Source: Ignavibacteriota bacterium (GTDB taxonomy: Bacteria; Bacteroidota; Ignavibacteria; Palsa-1295). From it: a stretch of 64,000 nt of DNA. The notes beneath the pieces were generated by a model. That model searched no databases. It saw only the letters and a list, made by a program, of their open reading frames with translations, and was not told where the DNA came from. Below are positions 35,812-45,348 of this stretch, one piece after another. A program made the position numbers and the translations under genes. Position 1 is the first letter of the stretch. Each line of letters opens with the position of its first letter. The DNA lies in contig CAWCCK010000033.1 in the NCBI GenBank assembly GCA_963794025.1, positions 89,836 to 153,835 of the forward strand, given 5' to 3'.

Positions 35812-37095
35812 TTACGACGCGCTCGTACTGAGCACCGCCAGATACCCCGGCTGGCCAACGCCGAAGGCAATGCGTTCGGTCATGCGGAGCAGCTGGAGAT
35901 CGTTGGTGAATGCGTTGACGCTGGCAGCGGTGGCGTCGTAGGACACGCGGAGTTCCATACCGCCGCGGGTTCCCAGCCAGCATCCGGCGGTTTGCAGGTT
36001 CCCAAAGAGCGCAAACGGCGTGCTCGGCGTGGTGTTCGCGCTATATCCGTTGATAAGCACTCCGTTCGGGAGCGAAACCACCGGATAACCGTGGAACTGT
36101 AAGTTCGTCGCATTGAACCCATTCGCGCCGTTGATGTTCGGATCGTTGGAGGTGGCAATATCCCACAGATAGCGACTTGCGGAATCTTTTTTCTTCAAGA
36201 GATCGGTCAGCGTGTTCTGCTCGACGAACAAACACGCGCCGCGCTGCTGCGCAGGGCCGACGGACTGCACCAGATTGATGAGATCGTCCAAAGTAATATC
36301 CGGGAAATGCGTTTTACCGGAGGTAGATGCGCCGCCGAGATACGTCAGGGTCGTTCCCGCCGTCTGTAAAATTCCCGTGAACGGCGCCCCGGTTCCGTTG
36401 AAGACCTGCATGTCTTCCTGCTGTCCGAACACCTCGACGAAAATACGCAGGATCGTATTATAGACGTCAATGTTCGCGTCCATAAGCAGTTCGTTCGAGA
36501 TAGGATAGATCGCGGCGAGCTTTTGCGCGGTAAGCACCAGGCGACCGAAGGTTCCAGCGCTTGCCGGAATTGTGGTATCTTCGCCAACCCAGCTTACAGA
36601 AGGCGTACCCGTGAGCGTCGAAACATTCAGCACGTTCGTTTGCATTTGAATCTGCGCGCAATATTTTCTCGCGAACCCATATTGGTTCAACAGAAAGAGC
36701 ACGTCCGCATAAAATTCCTGCGGTACCAAGTAGCCGCCTGCAGAATTGGTTCCTTCGATCTGCGGCGCGAGCGTGCGTGTGTATTCCGGTTCGTAGGTTT
36801 GCATGATCGAGCGCAGCGTTTGGTGGTCGTTTGCACCGATGGCGTTGAAGAACCGGAACGTTTTTAGGATCTTTTCGCGATCATTTGTAAGGACGGGCTG
36901 CGCACGTCCTCCCCGGTGAACAACGGGTTCGTCGTTGGCCAAAGGGCCGGACGTGTGCAGCACGTCCCTACCAAGCGCGGAGATCGCGGAACGATCCGGG
37001 AGGGATTTTATTTTGCGATCGAGCGCTTTATCGATAATGGTATTGAATTCGTCGCGCGAGGCGGTAAGGGTGTTTTCGGTTTCGTTAATGGTCAT
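35812..37095 (-). CDS. Phage major capsid protein, HK97 family
   Basis: 427 aa. The central pattern ...TGTPSVSWVGEDTTIPASAGTFGRLVLTAQKLAAIYPISNELLMDANIDV... is typical of the Phage_capsid (HK97) family. Confidence 0.8.
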   Translation of the reverse strand: MTINETENTLTASRDEFNTIIDKALDRKIKSLPDRSAISALGRDVLHTSGPLANDEPVVHRGGRAQPVLTNDREKILKTFRFFNAIGANDHQTLRSIMQTYEPEYTRTLAPQIEGTNSAGGYLVPQEFYADVLFLLNQYGFARKYCAQIQMQTNVLNVSTLTGTPSVSWVGEDTTIPASAGTFGRLVLTAQKLAAIYPISNELLMDANIDVYNTILRIFVEVFGQQEDMQVFNGTGAPFTGILQTAGTTLTYLGGASTSGKTHFPDITLDDLINLVQSVGPAQQRGACLFVEQNTLTDLLKKKDSASRYLWDIATSNDPNINGANGFNATNLQFHGYPVVSLPNGVLINGYSANTTPSTPFALFGNLQTAGCWLGTRGGMELRVSYDATAASVNAFTNDLQLLRMTERIAFGVGQPGYLAVLSTSAS

Positions 37096-37121
37096 GTTGA
37101 AATTAAATTGGTTGTTTTATC

Positions 37122-37267
37122 TGTCATCCTGAGCGGAGCAATTCGACCGGAGGGAGAATTGCGAAGTCGAAGGATCTGGTGAGATTACCCGCAGAGGTGT
37201 ATTGCATGAGATCCTTCGACTGCGCGAGACTCCGCTATCGCTGCGTCTCGCTCCGCTCAGGATGACA
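37122..37267. repeat. Family-2 structured repeat
   Basis: Outer stem gtcatcctgagcg/cgctcaggatgac and central gtcgaaggatct/agatccttcgac hairpin. Side hairpins gcaattc/gaattgc and gcgagac/gtctcgc differ from the other copies but remain paired. Confidence 0.85.
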
Positions 37268-37408
37268 GGTGGATGGAACGTGTTGAACTGTGATTGAATA
37301 TGTGCAAGCAATTGATGTGTCGGGAATCGAATGCGCGCCCGACGAAGAAACAATTCCCACGAATTATGTGTAGTTTGTCGGCATGAATCTAAAAGAAGGA
37401 GACGCACC

Positions 37409-37999
37409 ATGAGGACGATCAGGATCTTCGAACATGTCTCGCTGGATGGCGTGATCGCGCCGACGGGCGATGACGAATTTGCGAATGGCGGATGGATGGT
37501 ATCGTACCGAACGCCGGCTGGGGCAGCGAAGCTCGCCGAGATACAGGGCACGGGCTTCGATCTGCTGCTTGGCCGCCACACCTACGATCAATGGGCCAGC
37601 TTCTGGCCGACGATGAAGGGCGGTCCGTTTGCGGACGGCCTGAACGCCGCGACGAAATATGTCGTGACGCACAGGCCGGAGGGCCTCGCATGGGGTCCCG
37701 TTGGGAACTTGGGAACGGATATTCTGGAGGGTATTCGCAGCCTCAAAGCAACGGAGGGGCCGGATCTGATCGTCTGGGGAAGTTCCACAGTGACGCCCGT
37801 GTTGCTCGAGGAGGGTTTGGTAGATGAAGTGGTGCTCATCGTTTATCCGATCTTGATGGGCGCGGGCAAACGCTTCTTTTCCGATAGCGTCGGCCCGCAG
37901 GAACTCGCGCTTGTCAGCACGATGGCTACGCCAACGGGCGTGCTTCTCAATACATACCGATACGTTGGATCGGTGCGTAGGGAACCTGCGGCGGGATGA
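37409..37999 (+). CDS. Dihydrofolate reductase-like (RibD C-terminal domain) family protein
   Basis: MRTIRIFEHVSLDGVIAP...LLLGRHTYDQWASFWP...LIVWGSSTVTPVLLEEGLVDEVVLIVYPILMGAGKRFF. The ATG is preceded by aaggag. Confidence 0.7.
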   Translation: MRTIRIFEHVSLDGVIAPTGDDEFANGGWMVSYRTPAGAAKLAEIQGTGFDLLLGRHTYDQWASFWPTMKGGPFADGLNAATKYVVTHRPEGLAWGPVGNLGTDILEGIRSLKATEGPDLIVWGSSTVTPVLLEEGLVDEVVLIVYPILMGAGKRFFSDSVGPQELALVSTMATPTGVLLNTYRYVGSVRREPAAG

Positions 38000-38073
38000 A
38001 AGCGGGTATCCATAGGAAGTAGGATCATGGGAATGCGGGAATGTTAGATAGTAGGAGTCGCGTTTTCCGTTTC

Positions 38074-38802
38074 ATGAAATGTGTATTGTTGGTGACGGTA
38101 CTTGTCCTTCTTGCGACGCGCTGTGAGGCGCAACGTTTCTATTACGGCATCACGCTTGGCGGCGACCTTGGGAATGAATCCGATGGAGCGCGATCGTTCG
38201 AGTATGGCAATAGCTGGTTCTATTCTCACAATGAAATCGAACCGGGCGGCGGTACTCTTTATTCGGAACTGGGACTCATTGCCGGATTCGAGGCGGATTA
38301 TCGTTTGAGCAATAGCTTTGCTCTTAGCGGAAGCGCGTTATTCGATCAAAAAGGAGTCGGCCTGAATTACATTTATACGACGGAAGCCAGTCCCGACCCG
38401 ATCGCCACTACGCACCAGGATAATACGCTGGACTATCTGGAGATACCTGTGCTCGTTAAGTGGAAACCGTTTGCCGAAGCTGCCGGCATTTTCCTTTTTG
38501 CCGGGCCGAGCGTTGGGTTCCTGCTTTCAGGTAAGGCGGTGTTAAGCCTGCAAATTGCGGGCGAAGGCAATCCTTCGATTCCACTCACGCAAAAGAATCC
38601 CAGTGTTTCGGCGGTTGCGGGAATTGGGTTTGGGTTCGATCTTAGCGAGAAGATGCGCTGTGAAATACGCGCGGCCTATGCCTGGGGACTCACGAACGAT
38701 TCATTCAGCGAGGCGACGAGTGAGCCGTACTATCGCGATCCCGTGTATAGTGCAACGGCCAGCGACATACGACTAACCGCGACCGTGTTGTTTCCCGGCT
38801 AA
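38074..38802 (+). CDS. Outer-membrane beta-barrel (porin-family) protein
   Basis: Signal peptide MKCVLLVTVLVLLATRCEAQ, alternating beta-strand pattern and a C-terminal aromatic end (...LTATVLFPG). Confidence 0.6.
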   Translation: MKCVLLVTVLVLLATRCEAQRFYYGITLGGDLGNESDGARSFEYGNSWFYSHNEIEPGGGTLYSELGLIAGFEADYRLSNSFALSGSALFDQKGVGLNYIYTTEASPDPIATTHQDNTLDYLEIPVLVKWKPFAEAAGIFLFAGPSVGFLLSGKAVLSLQIAGEGNPSIPLTQKNPSVSAVAGIGFGFDLSEKMRCEIRAAYAWGLTNDSFSEATSEPYYRDPVYSATASDIRLTATVLFPG

Positions 38803-38819
38803 TGCGGTATGTGGGAATG

Positions 38820-39392
38820 TTACTGAAGCAGCCATTCCAGCGTGTTAGCGATCGTTTTTTCGATCTCTTCGTCCGACAGGAGTGACTTATTGGAGTCCAC
38901 CGCATCCGGGTTCATCGGCAGCTCGACTTTGGAGCATTCGATGAGTTCCCATTCGGTGAAGGTATAACCGCCGAACTCATTGGCTTCATATTCGATGGGA
39001 CTGAATCCGATAGAATTAGCGGGAAGCATTCCCGCCATATCCATTTGATAGACTTGCTCGGCGAGCGGTGAAATATCGGCAGGCGCGTATTCGACAAGCG
39101 CGAATAATTCGTTTTTCGTTTGCTTGAGATCGAGGACGCGCCCGATGGTGCTAAGCAACGCTCCGCTCGCGCCATGCTGCCAGAGAAATTGCGGATTTTT
39201 GAGGAAGTTTTCTGCATCCATTCCCGCAATGACGAGCATATCTCCCGCACGATCGACGGCATTGGTGGCAAGTGTCAGCCACCGCTGACGTGGGGGTAAG
39301 GATGAAGGTTGAGGGATGAGGGATGAAGGTGGGGAAGCGGAAGATATAGTTCGGCTTTCAGAGAGAAGGGTTTTGTGTATGATTGTTTGCAT
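38820..39392 (-). CDS. Phage prohead protease (HK97 family) with heptamer-repeat-encoded N-terminal segment
   Basis: DMLVIAGMDAENFLKNPQFLWQHG...IGRVLDL...LPANSIGFSPIEYE... fits Peptidase_S78. The probable start is ATG 39392. The N-terminal PPSSLIPQPSSLPP is encoded by GGATGAA-type repeats at 39296-39345. Confidence 0.7.
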   Translation of the reverse strand: MQTIIHKTLLSESRTISSASPPSSLIPQPSSLPPRQRWLTLATNAVDRAGDMLVIAGMDAENFLKNPQFLWQHGASGALLSTIGRVLDLKQTKNELFALVEYAPADISPLAEQVYQMDMAGMLPANSIGFSPIEYEANEFGGYTFTEWELIECSKVELPMNPDAVDSNKSLLSDEEIEKTIANTLEWLLQ

Positions 39393-39523
39393 CAATTTAG
39401 ATGGGAAATTTAGGCGAAGGATGAAAGTATTTGTGCTGTGATTTAGAGGCGACTCAGGAAAAAGGCATATGACCGCTATCGCTTTGGTAGCGATGTATTG
39501 ATAAATTAGATATTGTATAAAAG

Positions 39524-40144
39524 TTACAGGGAGAAGAGGCGCCTTAGCCAATCGAAGAACGCAAGACCCAATTCACAATTGGGATCCAAATAATTTTTGG
39601 CAATAGCAATGCCGAAGTTAACACCGGGTTCCGGTTGCCAAGCAAGCCAAGTGTTGGCCTCAGCTTTTATTTTGTGCTCATCTGGGAATTTATGCTTACC
39701 GAGATCCATAATGCCTTTAACGGCTGCGACTGCATGTGGCCATAAGTCGTCATTCGCCGGAATGAGTTGGTGAATGAAATTTTCAAGCATTCCTGCTGAA
39801 ATATTGTCGGGCATGATCCATACACCTGCTGTAATTCCGTTAACCGGTTCGAGAATAAGTCCCGCTCTCCCTGGTGGGTTGGAAGGAACATTATAACCAT
39901 GTTTTTTAAGCATGTCTGAAACACTTCGCCATCTTGCAGCGATATCCGTTTCAGCGTCTAAAACTATTCCTATGGTTTTAAGGCCGCTACCCTTCAATTG
40001 AGTTGAAAATTCAAACGGGAGCTTTGTAATCCCCTTTGCGTCAACCACCCAAACATGCTTTTCCTGAACACCGTTGGCTTCCAACATGTGGATTGTGACG
40101 TGCATATCGTCACTACCTTCTGCTACGACTACGAGAGGGTGCAT
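39524..40144 (-). CDS. Small Toprim-like protein (DUF3226/DUF4276/DUF4435-like), partner of the upstream ATPase
   Basis: N-terminal VVVAEGSDDMHV (conserved Glu) and IVLDAETD (DxD-like) fit a Toprim signature; WIMPDNISAGMLENF follows. The start overlaps the ATPase stop (TAATG). Confidence 0.5.
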   Translation of the reverse strand: MHPLVVVAEGSDDMHVTIHMLEANGVQEKHVWVVDAKGITKLPFEFSTQLKGSGLKTIGIVLDAETDIAARWRSVSDMLKKHGYNVPSNPPGRAGLILEPVNGITAGVWIMPDNISAGMLENFIHQLIPANDDLWPHAVAAVKGIMDLGKHKFPDEHKIKAEANTWLAWQPEPGVNFGIAIAKNYLDPNCELGLAFFDWLRRLFSL

Positions 40145-41277
40145 TATCGAATTTCGATTTCGTGTTCTCGTGCGAGAGCAAGTTCCGATTCCTCAAATTC
40201 GATAGATTGGATTCGGTCGCCTTTTCGTTCGAGGCGGATGAGCCTCCCTTCGATAGTAGTATTCTCTGCTGCGGCACCCTCGAAAGCATCTATGCAATCT
40301 TTGCTGTGTGTAGTAGCAAAGACTTGTGTGTTCAGGCGTGTCGCAAGATCGAAAATCAAACGCCAAAGATCGGGCTGAACAGAATAATGCAATCCGCTTT
40401 CGATTTCATCAATAAGGAATAGCCCAGAGGGGCTATTCACAAGTGATAATGCAATTGCAAAAAGTCGATTCATTCCTTCGCCGAACGTCCGCAAAGGTGT
40501 AACGTTGTCGCTATCCCCGGTGACACCTACGGGGATTCGCACACGATCATTTCGACGTAGGTTGCTATTATCAATAATGACGACTCGTTCAAGCTCGGGC
40601 ATAATTAGCTTTAAGGATGAAAGAACATCCTTTTCTGCACTTTTAAGCACCACTTGATCCCAAAGTGAACCGACTTCCTGCGAATCGGAGAGCCCGTTTG
40701 CACCAATAAAGTGAAAAGGACCGATCTCTTCATCATCATCGTCAATCCGATAACTAAGTCTATCGTCAAGGACTAAAAATCGCGAACCTTGACCGTTGCG
40801 GCGAATGCTAAGTCCAGAAACGATTGAGCCATTTGAATCCACTATAGCATCAGATAGTGGTTCATAAATTCTATGGCCTTCATCATCTCTTTTTGATTGG
40901 TACTTTGCTATTTCGATAAGTAGCTGTTGGCTTTCATCCCCTATTTCACCAATTCGCAACGAAGAAAGTGCATCCTTTTCATTTGGCTTATGGAAAATTC
41001 GAGGCAAAATCTGGGCGAATTGGCCATCCAGTCTAGACCGTTTAATTTGGCCTTCGTCTCGCAACTCAAGAATGCGTCCTAATACAGACAAGGATCCATT
41101 TGAAGCATACAATTGAAGTGCTTCAAGAACGGATGATTTTCCTACGTTATTTTTGCCTACAATAAGGTTGACACTGCCCAGCCGGGGAATTCGGAGCGAC
41201 GAAAACGCCCTGAATCCGGAAATTTCAAGAGATTGAAGAAAAGGAAACTGTGCCATAATTCTTAAATTGTTAAACAT
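40144..41277 (-). CDS. ABC-type AAA_15/AAA_21-family ATPase (AriA/OLD-N/RloA-like)
   Basis: ISGFRAFSSLRIPRLGSVNLIVGKNNVGKSSVLEAL (Walker A) and LFLIDEIESGLH (Walker B/D-loop), followed by ATTHS (H-loop). Confidence 0.7.
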   Translation of the reverse strand: MFNNLRIMAQFPFLQSLEISGFRAFSSLRIPRLGSVNLIVGKNNVGKSSVLEALQLYASNGSLSVLGRILELRDEGQIKRSRLDGQFAQILPRIFHKPNEKDALSSLRIGEIGDESQQLLIEIAKYQSKRDDEGHRIYEPLSDAIVDSNGSIVSGLSIRRNGQGSRFLVLDDRLSYRIDDDDEEIGPFHFIGANGLSDSQEVGSLWDQVVLKSAEKDVLSSLKLIMPELERVVIIDNSNLRRNDRVRIPVGVTGDSDNVTPLRTFGEGMNRLFAIALSLVNSPSGLFLIDEIESGLHYSVQPDLWRLIFDLATRLNTQVFATTHSKDCIDAFEGAAAENTTIEGRLIRLERKGDRIQSIEFEESELALAREHEIEIR

Positions 41278-41392
41278 TAGTTAGTTTAGAATCGGTTCGT
41301 TTTTCTGGACGGCATTTTACTACGCATGTTGCCCAAGCGCCGTACCCACCCCTCCCGCGAGCGGCCCCAGGCCCATGAGCGCGCGCTGTTCA

Positions 41393-42031
41393 CTACTCGA
41401 CGAGCATTCCATACGGGTTGCGGGGGATGAAGAGTCCTTTAATGCAATCGGCGTTGCGGATGCAAATCTGAGTGTGGTTTTGTTTTCGGAATCCGGCTCC
41501 GGGATATAGTTCCTCGCCTTCGGGGAACATGGCTCGTACGGAATCGAACGGTGGAAGGTTCTCAAAACCTACATGATGATCGCGTATGAGTTGATGCAGA
41601 TAGTTTATTACTGCACAGTCCAAGTGTCTGGCGCGACGGTCGCTGCCGCCTTTGTTTTCCGGCAGTTGGGTTCCCGCGAGTTCCGTTGCTTGCAGCAGCG
41701 TTTTGTGTGCCCTTCTTACCTGATCTATGGATTTTGCATCGAGCAGGTCAAGGCAATTGTTGAGGGATATTACCGCGCCGAGTACTGCGGGCGTTTCGAC
41801 CTTATGCTTTTGGCTGTATGGATGTTTTTTAAGATGCCGCGCCCATTGCATTGCACTCTTCGGGTCGTTTTCCCAAAAGTAAACACCAGAGCCCAGCCAA
41901 TCGAAACTGTTGGTGCTGGCGCGTAAAGTTCCAGGATGAAGAGCGAGTTGGTCTCTAAGCTTCCGATCGCACCCGTGAAACGCGAGCACGAGGTTTGGCC
42001 GTGGTGTGTACATGGGACGTTCGTCCACCAT
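41393..42031 (-). CDS. DUF3990-like protein (predicted ADP-ribosyltransferase-fold toxin-like)
   Basis: LAFHGCDRKL...FDWLGSGVYFWENDPKSAMQWA...AVISLNNCLDLLD follows the pattern I associate with DUF3990. The alternative start is ATG 42013. Confidence 0.4.
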   Translation of the reverse strand: MVDERPMYTPRPNLVLAFHGCDRKLRDQLALHPGTLRASTNSFDWLGSGVYFWENDPKSAMQWARHLKKHPYSQKHKVETPAVLGAVISLNNCLDLLDAKSIDQVRRAHKTLLQATELAGTQLPENKGGSDRRARHLDCAVINYLHQLIRDHHVGFENLPPFDSVRAMFPEGEELYPGAGFRKQNHTQICIRNADCIKGLFIPRNPYGMLVE

Positions 42032-42179
42032 GTGAGCGGTAATGTGCCGTCAGCTTGCCATGTGCGTCGATAATCCCTGCTGCTCGCAGTGATGCAAGGG
42101 CAGACTTCTTACTCGCCAAATACTTTTTAGCGGAAAGCTCGATGACCTCGACGTATTGTTTTGCCTGGCTGTCGCTCAT
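41955..42179 (-). CDS. Small ORF upstream of the DUF3990-like gene, possible antitoxin/partner
   Basis: 74-aa ORF with a helical N-terminal ~48 aa. Its 3' end overlaps the downstream gene start. Confidence 0.3.
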   Translation of the reverse strand: MSDSQAKQYVEVIELSAKKYLASKKSALASLRAAGIIDAHGKLTAHYRSHGGRTSHVHTTAKPRARVSRVRSEA

Positions 42180-42260
42180 GGTCTGATATTTTGGTTAGCA
42201 CAAGTTGTGCCGAAAATAGGAACACTTGTTATGCAAAAAGATTCAGTCAACCTTAGCAAA

Positions 42261-43561
42261 TTAATTGGCAAGCACGGTTCCAGCATTATTCGGAAGTGGA
42301 GGCAGCCCGATAAGCGCCCGCTGCTCGTCGATGGTCATGGATTGTTTGAGCGCATTGACGCGCTCCATGAAGATGTCTTCGGATTCGGGCAAAAGCGATT
42401 CGTGTTCGATGATGAGTTCCCCACGCGGAACGAAACGTCCGGTATCTGAGGAACGCTCGGGCCATCGAACTCGGAGGCCAATGCGCGCGTGAATGCTTGC
42501 GCGTGTTTGGCAAGCGAATGATCCACGACATCGCGCAGGAACACCATGTAGCTCGTATCCGCATTTGCAAGATTTACTTGTTCGGTATCGCCAAAGACGA
42601 TCTTCGGAACTCGAAATGCTTCTCGAATGGCATTCTTCAGTTCATCTTTCGATTTTGTGAAATCGAGTTCCTTCCCACCGGAACTAAGAAGCTGCACTTC
42701 GCCGCCATCGGGAAGGATTCCGATGCGTCCGGCATTGTTGGGCGAGGCATATTTTGATTCCCACGCAATTCGCAGGCGATCCATTTCGTCCTGCGTCATC
42801 AGCGCGCCCGGCGGCCAGCGAAGCACGGCGCGCGGCGTAGCATCGTTCTCGAAAAATCGCGATTGAAACAGACGCACCGCGGATTCAGCTTTTGCCGTAT
42901 CCATAATGTCCGAGATCAGTCCGTGCCCGAAGAACGGCGACATGCGAATATCGGGTCGGCGAATATGAATGACATCGTTTGCAGAAATAACCGCATTCGA
43001 TGGAAGGAACCGGTAGGTCTCCGGCAGTCCATCCGCGCCGCGCTCGATCTGGAACGAAAGTACGCTTGCCGGCCACAATTCTACGACGTTACCGTTGCCA
43101 TCGCGCACTTTCAACCAGATCGAGTTCCCGGTCGCATCGAGCCACTGGCTGGATAGTTCCATCAAATCGCTCATATCGAAGATGGGATTGGGGCGCCGCA
43201 GCAGTTTTTCTAAGGGGTGATCGAACGGGAGCGCATCGCGTAGGTCGGTGCTTCCATCGTGGGCGATGGAGCCAGCCCGACCAACGCGGGCATGGAACTT
43301 CCCGCGTCCGATGGCCTCGCTGCGCGCGTGCATACACGCGGCGACGGTCTCGCGGATCTGTCGCAAGTTTTCGGTAACGTTTTCGCGGCCAAAATTCCCG
43401 GATGGATAGACCATCGGGATGCCGCCCGGCGGCCACGGCAAGAGTCCGCCGGTGCTTGCAGCGACTTGCTCTGCTGCGCCGCGAGCCACGTCTTCGCGTA
43501 GGTCGGCGCTTCCAGCCCGACGAGTTAATTGAATGGAAAATTTTCCTAGTTTGAGATTCAT
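42261..43561 (-). pseudogene. Phage portal protein (HK97 family), frameshifted near the C-terminus
   Basis: Portal-like body (…NSIWLKVRDGNGNVVELWP...RFFENDATPRAVL...). After ~ALASEFD the annotated frame becomes nonsense. The authentic C-terminus ELIIEHESLLPESEDIFMERVNALKQSMTIDEQRALIGLPPLPNNAGTVLAN* reads in another frame and ends at 42261. Confidence 0.7.
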
Positions 43562-43569
43562 ATTATTAA

Positions 43570-43706
43570 AATGATGAATGGTGAATGATGAATGATGAAA
43601 TTATTGTGTTAGAAAAAATCGCAATGCTAAAGAAAATCGTGAATGCTATGCCCAAGAATGACGGCGACAGGAAATGGTCGTCATTCATCATTCGTCATTC
43701 ATCATT
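43570..43706. repeat. Heptamer-arm hairpin (AATGATG/TGAATGA arms) at the 5' end of the GT-C gene
   Basis: aatgatgaatggtgaatgatgaatgatgaa ... 78 nt ... tcgtcattcatcattcgtcattcatcatt. Confidence 0.8.
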
Positions 43707-43710
43707 ATGG

Positions 43711-45336
43711 ATGATCGCTCTCGTAACCGCAGCGATCGCGGCCTGCTGGTGGCCGATCCGAATGCGGTTCCCATTCGACGACACGTACATCACGTTTCGC
43801 TATGCGGAAAATCTCGCGCATGGCTTCGGCCTCGTGTGGAACGGGGGAAGTATTCTGCATCCCGTTGGCGTGCACACCGAAGGTTACACGAATTTTCTGT
43901 TGGTGCTTCTGCTCACGCCGTTCGTGTGGATGGGCTGTGATCTTGCGATCGTCTCGCAAGTGATCGGGGTGGTTGCGGTGATCGTTTCGGCGGTTGCGAT
44001 CTATCGGATTGTAGCGCAAACTTCAGTTTGCGACTTCTCGCCGGGGTCGCAAACTAAAGTTTGCGCTACATTCGCTATTGCTCTTTTCTTATTCGATCCC
44101 TTTACTTGGATGAACGCCTACTCTGGCTTGGAGACGAGCCTGTTCACAATGTGGCTGCTGGTGGCACTATGGGCGTTCACCACAAAGCGAACGGAACTAT
44201 CATTCATGTGCGCTACATTCGCCACGCTGACACGTCCCGAAGGCGCGCTCTTGGGAATGATTCTGCTGGCAGTAGCGCTTATTCAAAAACAGCTATATCC
44301 GAACGAAGAAAGTTCTGCCACGTTAAAAGATCATCCGCCGGTATCGGTTTTTAGTTATTGGGCGTCGGCGTTTGTGTTGCCGTTAGTTCTCTATGCGGGA
44401 TGGAAATGGTGGTATTTCGGGAACCTGCTTCCGAACTCGTTCTATGTCAAAGTAGGGCAAGTCACGAGTTCATTTTTCCTTCCCGGACGCGGTTCGATGC
44501 GAATTTTCTATACCGGCGTGTGGTATTTGCTTCCATTCGTACTTATTGCAGTATGGAAGGGACGCAAAAATTCCGTAGTACAAATTGCAGCATTATGGTG
44601 CTGGCTGCTGAGTTGCTTCTATTTATTTTCGCAGCTGATTCAGAACGAATATCAGCGGTTTACCTATCCGATCGAAGTGATGCTGATCGTGCTTGTGGGA
44701 ATTGCGATCGGCAGTATAACGCAGAAGCAGTGGCTTGCGAGTGTTGCCATGATCGTGATACTTGCGGTCAATATAATTTGGCCACTCTACTTTCGGCGAG
44801 GTCTGGGATATATTGAGCGGACGGACGAAGAAACAAGTTCCTACCCGCATCTGGCGGAAATATTGCGTTCCATTCCCGATCATAAAGACCTCACGCTGGC
44901 GTGGGGCGATGCGGGAAGGATTCCGTATTTCTCCGATGTCCGCAGTATCGACCCCGTTGGTTTGAACACGAATGAGATCGCCCACGCGAGCACGGCGGAG
45001 GAAGTGGTGCACGATGTGATGCGGGCGAAACCTGATCTTCTTATCATTCCGCTCGTCTATCCCCGCGACGTTCCGCCCGGCTGGAACCGTTCCCACGATT
45101 CGGCTCGTATGATCCTACCGCATGGGCAGGGACTCATCGGTTCGGCGTATCCTGCGCTTGCTCGTGCCGCGCTTGCCAGCACGTACAAGCCGATCTTTAT
45201 GTCGCCACAGCCCATTTACGATATTGAGTTCCTCGCAGATACGACTTCGGTCTATTACGCGGATATTGTCAAGATATTAGTTCCGCGCATCGGCCACGAT
45301 CCGGATTTTCTTCCGCCGGCGATGAATATAAAATAG
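43711..45336 (+). CDS. Polytopic membrane glycosyltransferase-like protein (GT-C fold, ArnT/PMT-like)
   Basis: The motif FPFDDTYITFRYAENLAHGFGLVWN...GYTNFL and more than 10 hydrophobic segments. The ORF is open from 43585, but that part is repeat-encoded, so ATG 43711 is preferred. It carries an in-frame palindromic element (VAQTSVCDFSPGSQTKVCAT). Confidence 0.6.
   Translation: MIALVTAAIAACWWPIRMRFPFDDTYITFRYAENLAHGFGLVWNGGSILHPVGVHTEGYTNFLLVLLLTPFVWMGCDLAIVSQVIGVVAVIVSAVAIYRIVAQTSVCDFSPGSQTKVCATFAIALFLFDPFTWMNAYSGLETSLFTMWLLVALWAFTTKRTELSFMCATFATLTRPEGALLGMILLAVALIQKQLYPNEESSATLKDHPPVSVFSYWASAFVLPLVLYAGWKWWYFGNLLPNSFYVKVGQVTSSFFLPGRGSMRIFYTGVWYLLPFVLIAVWKGRKNSVVQIAALWCWLLSCFYLFSQLIQNEYQRFTYPIEVMLIVLVGIAIGSITQKQWLASVAMIVILAVNIIWPLYFRRGLGYIERTDEETSSYPHLAEILRSIPDHKDLTLAWGDAGRIPYFSDVRSIDPVGLNTNEIAHASTAEEVVHDVMRAKPDLLIIPLVYPRDVPPGWNRSHDSARMILPHGQGLIGSAYPALARAALASTYKPIFMSPQPIYDIEFLADTTSVYYADIVKILVPRIGHDPDFLPPAMNIK
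44010..44070. repeat. 61-nt GTAGCGCAAACTT-AGTTTGCG palindromic element, in-frame in the GT-C gene
   Basis: tgtagcgcaaacttcagtttgcga cttctcgccgggg tcgcaaactaaagtttgcgctaca. Confidence 0.85.
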
Positions 45337-45348
45337 TGATCGCACCCA

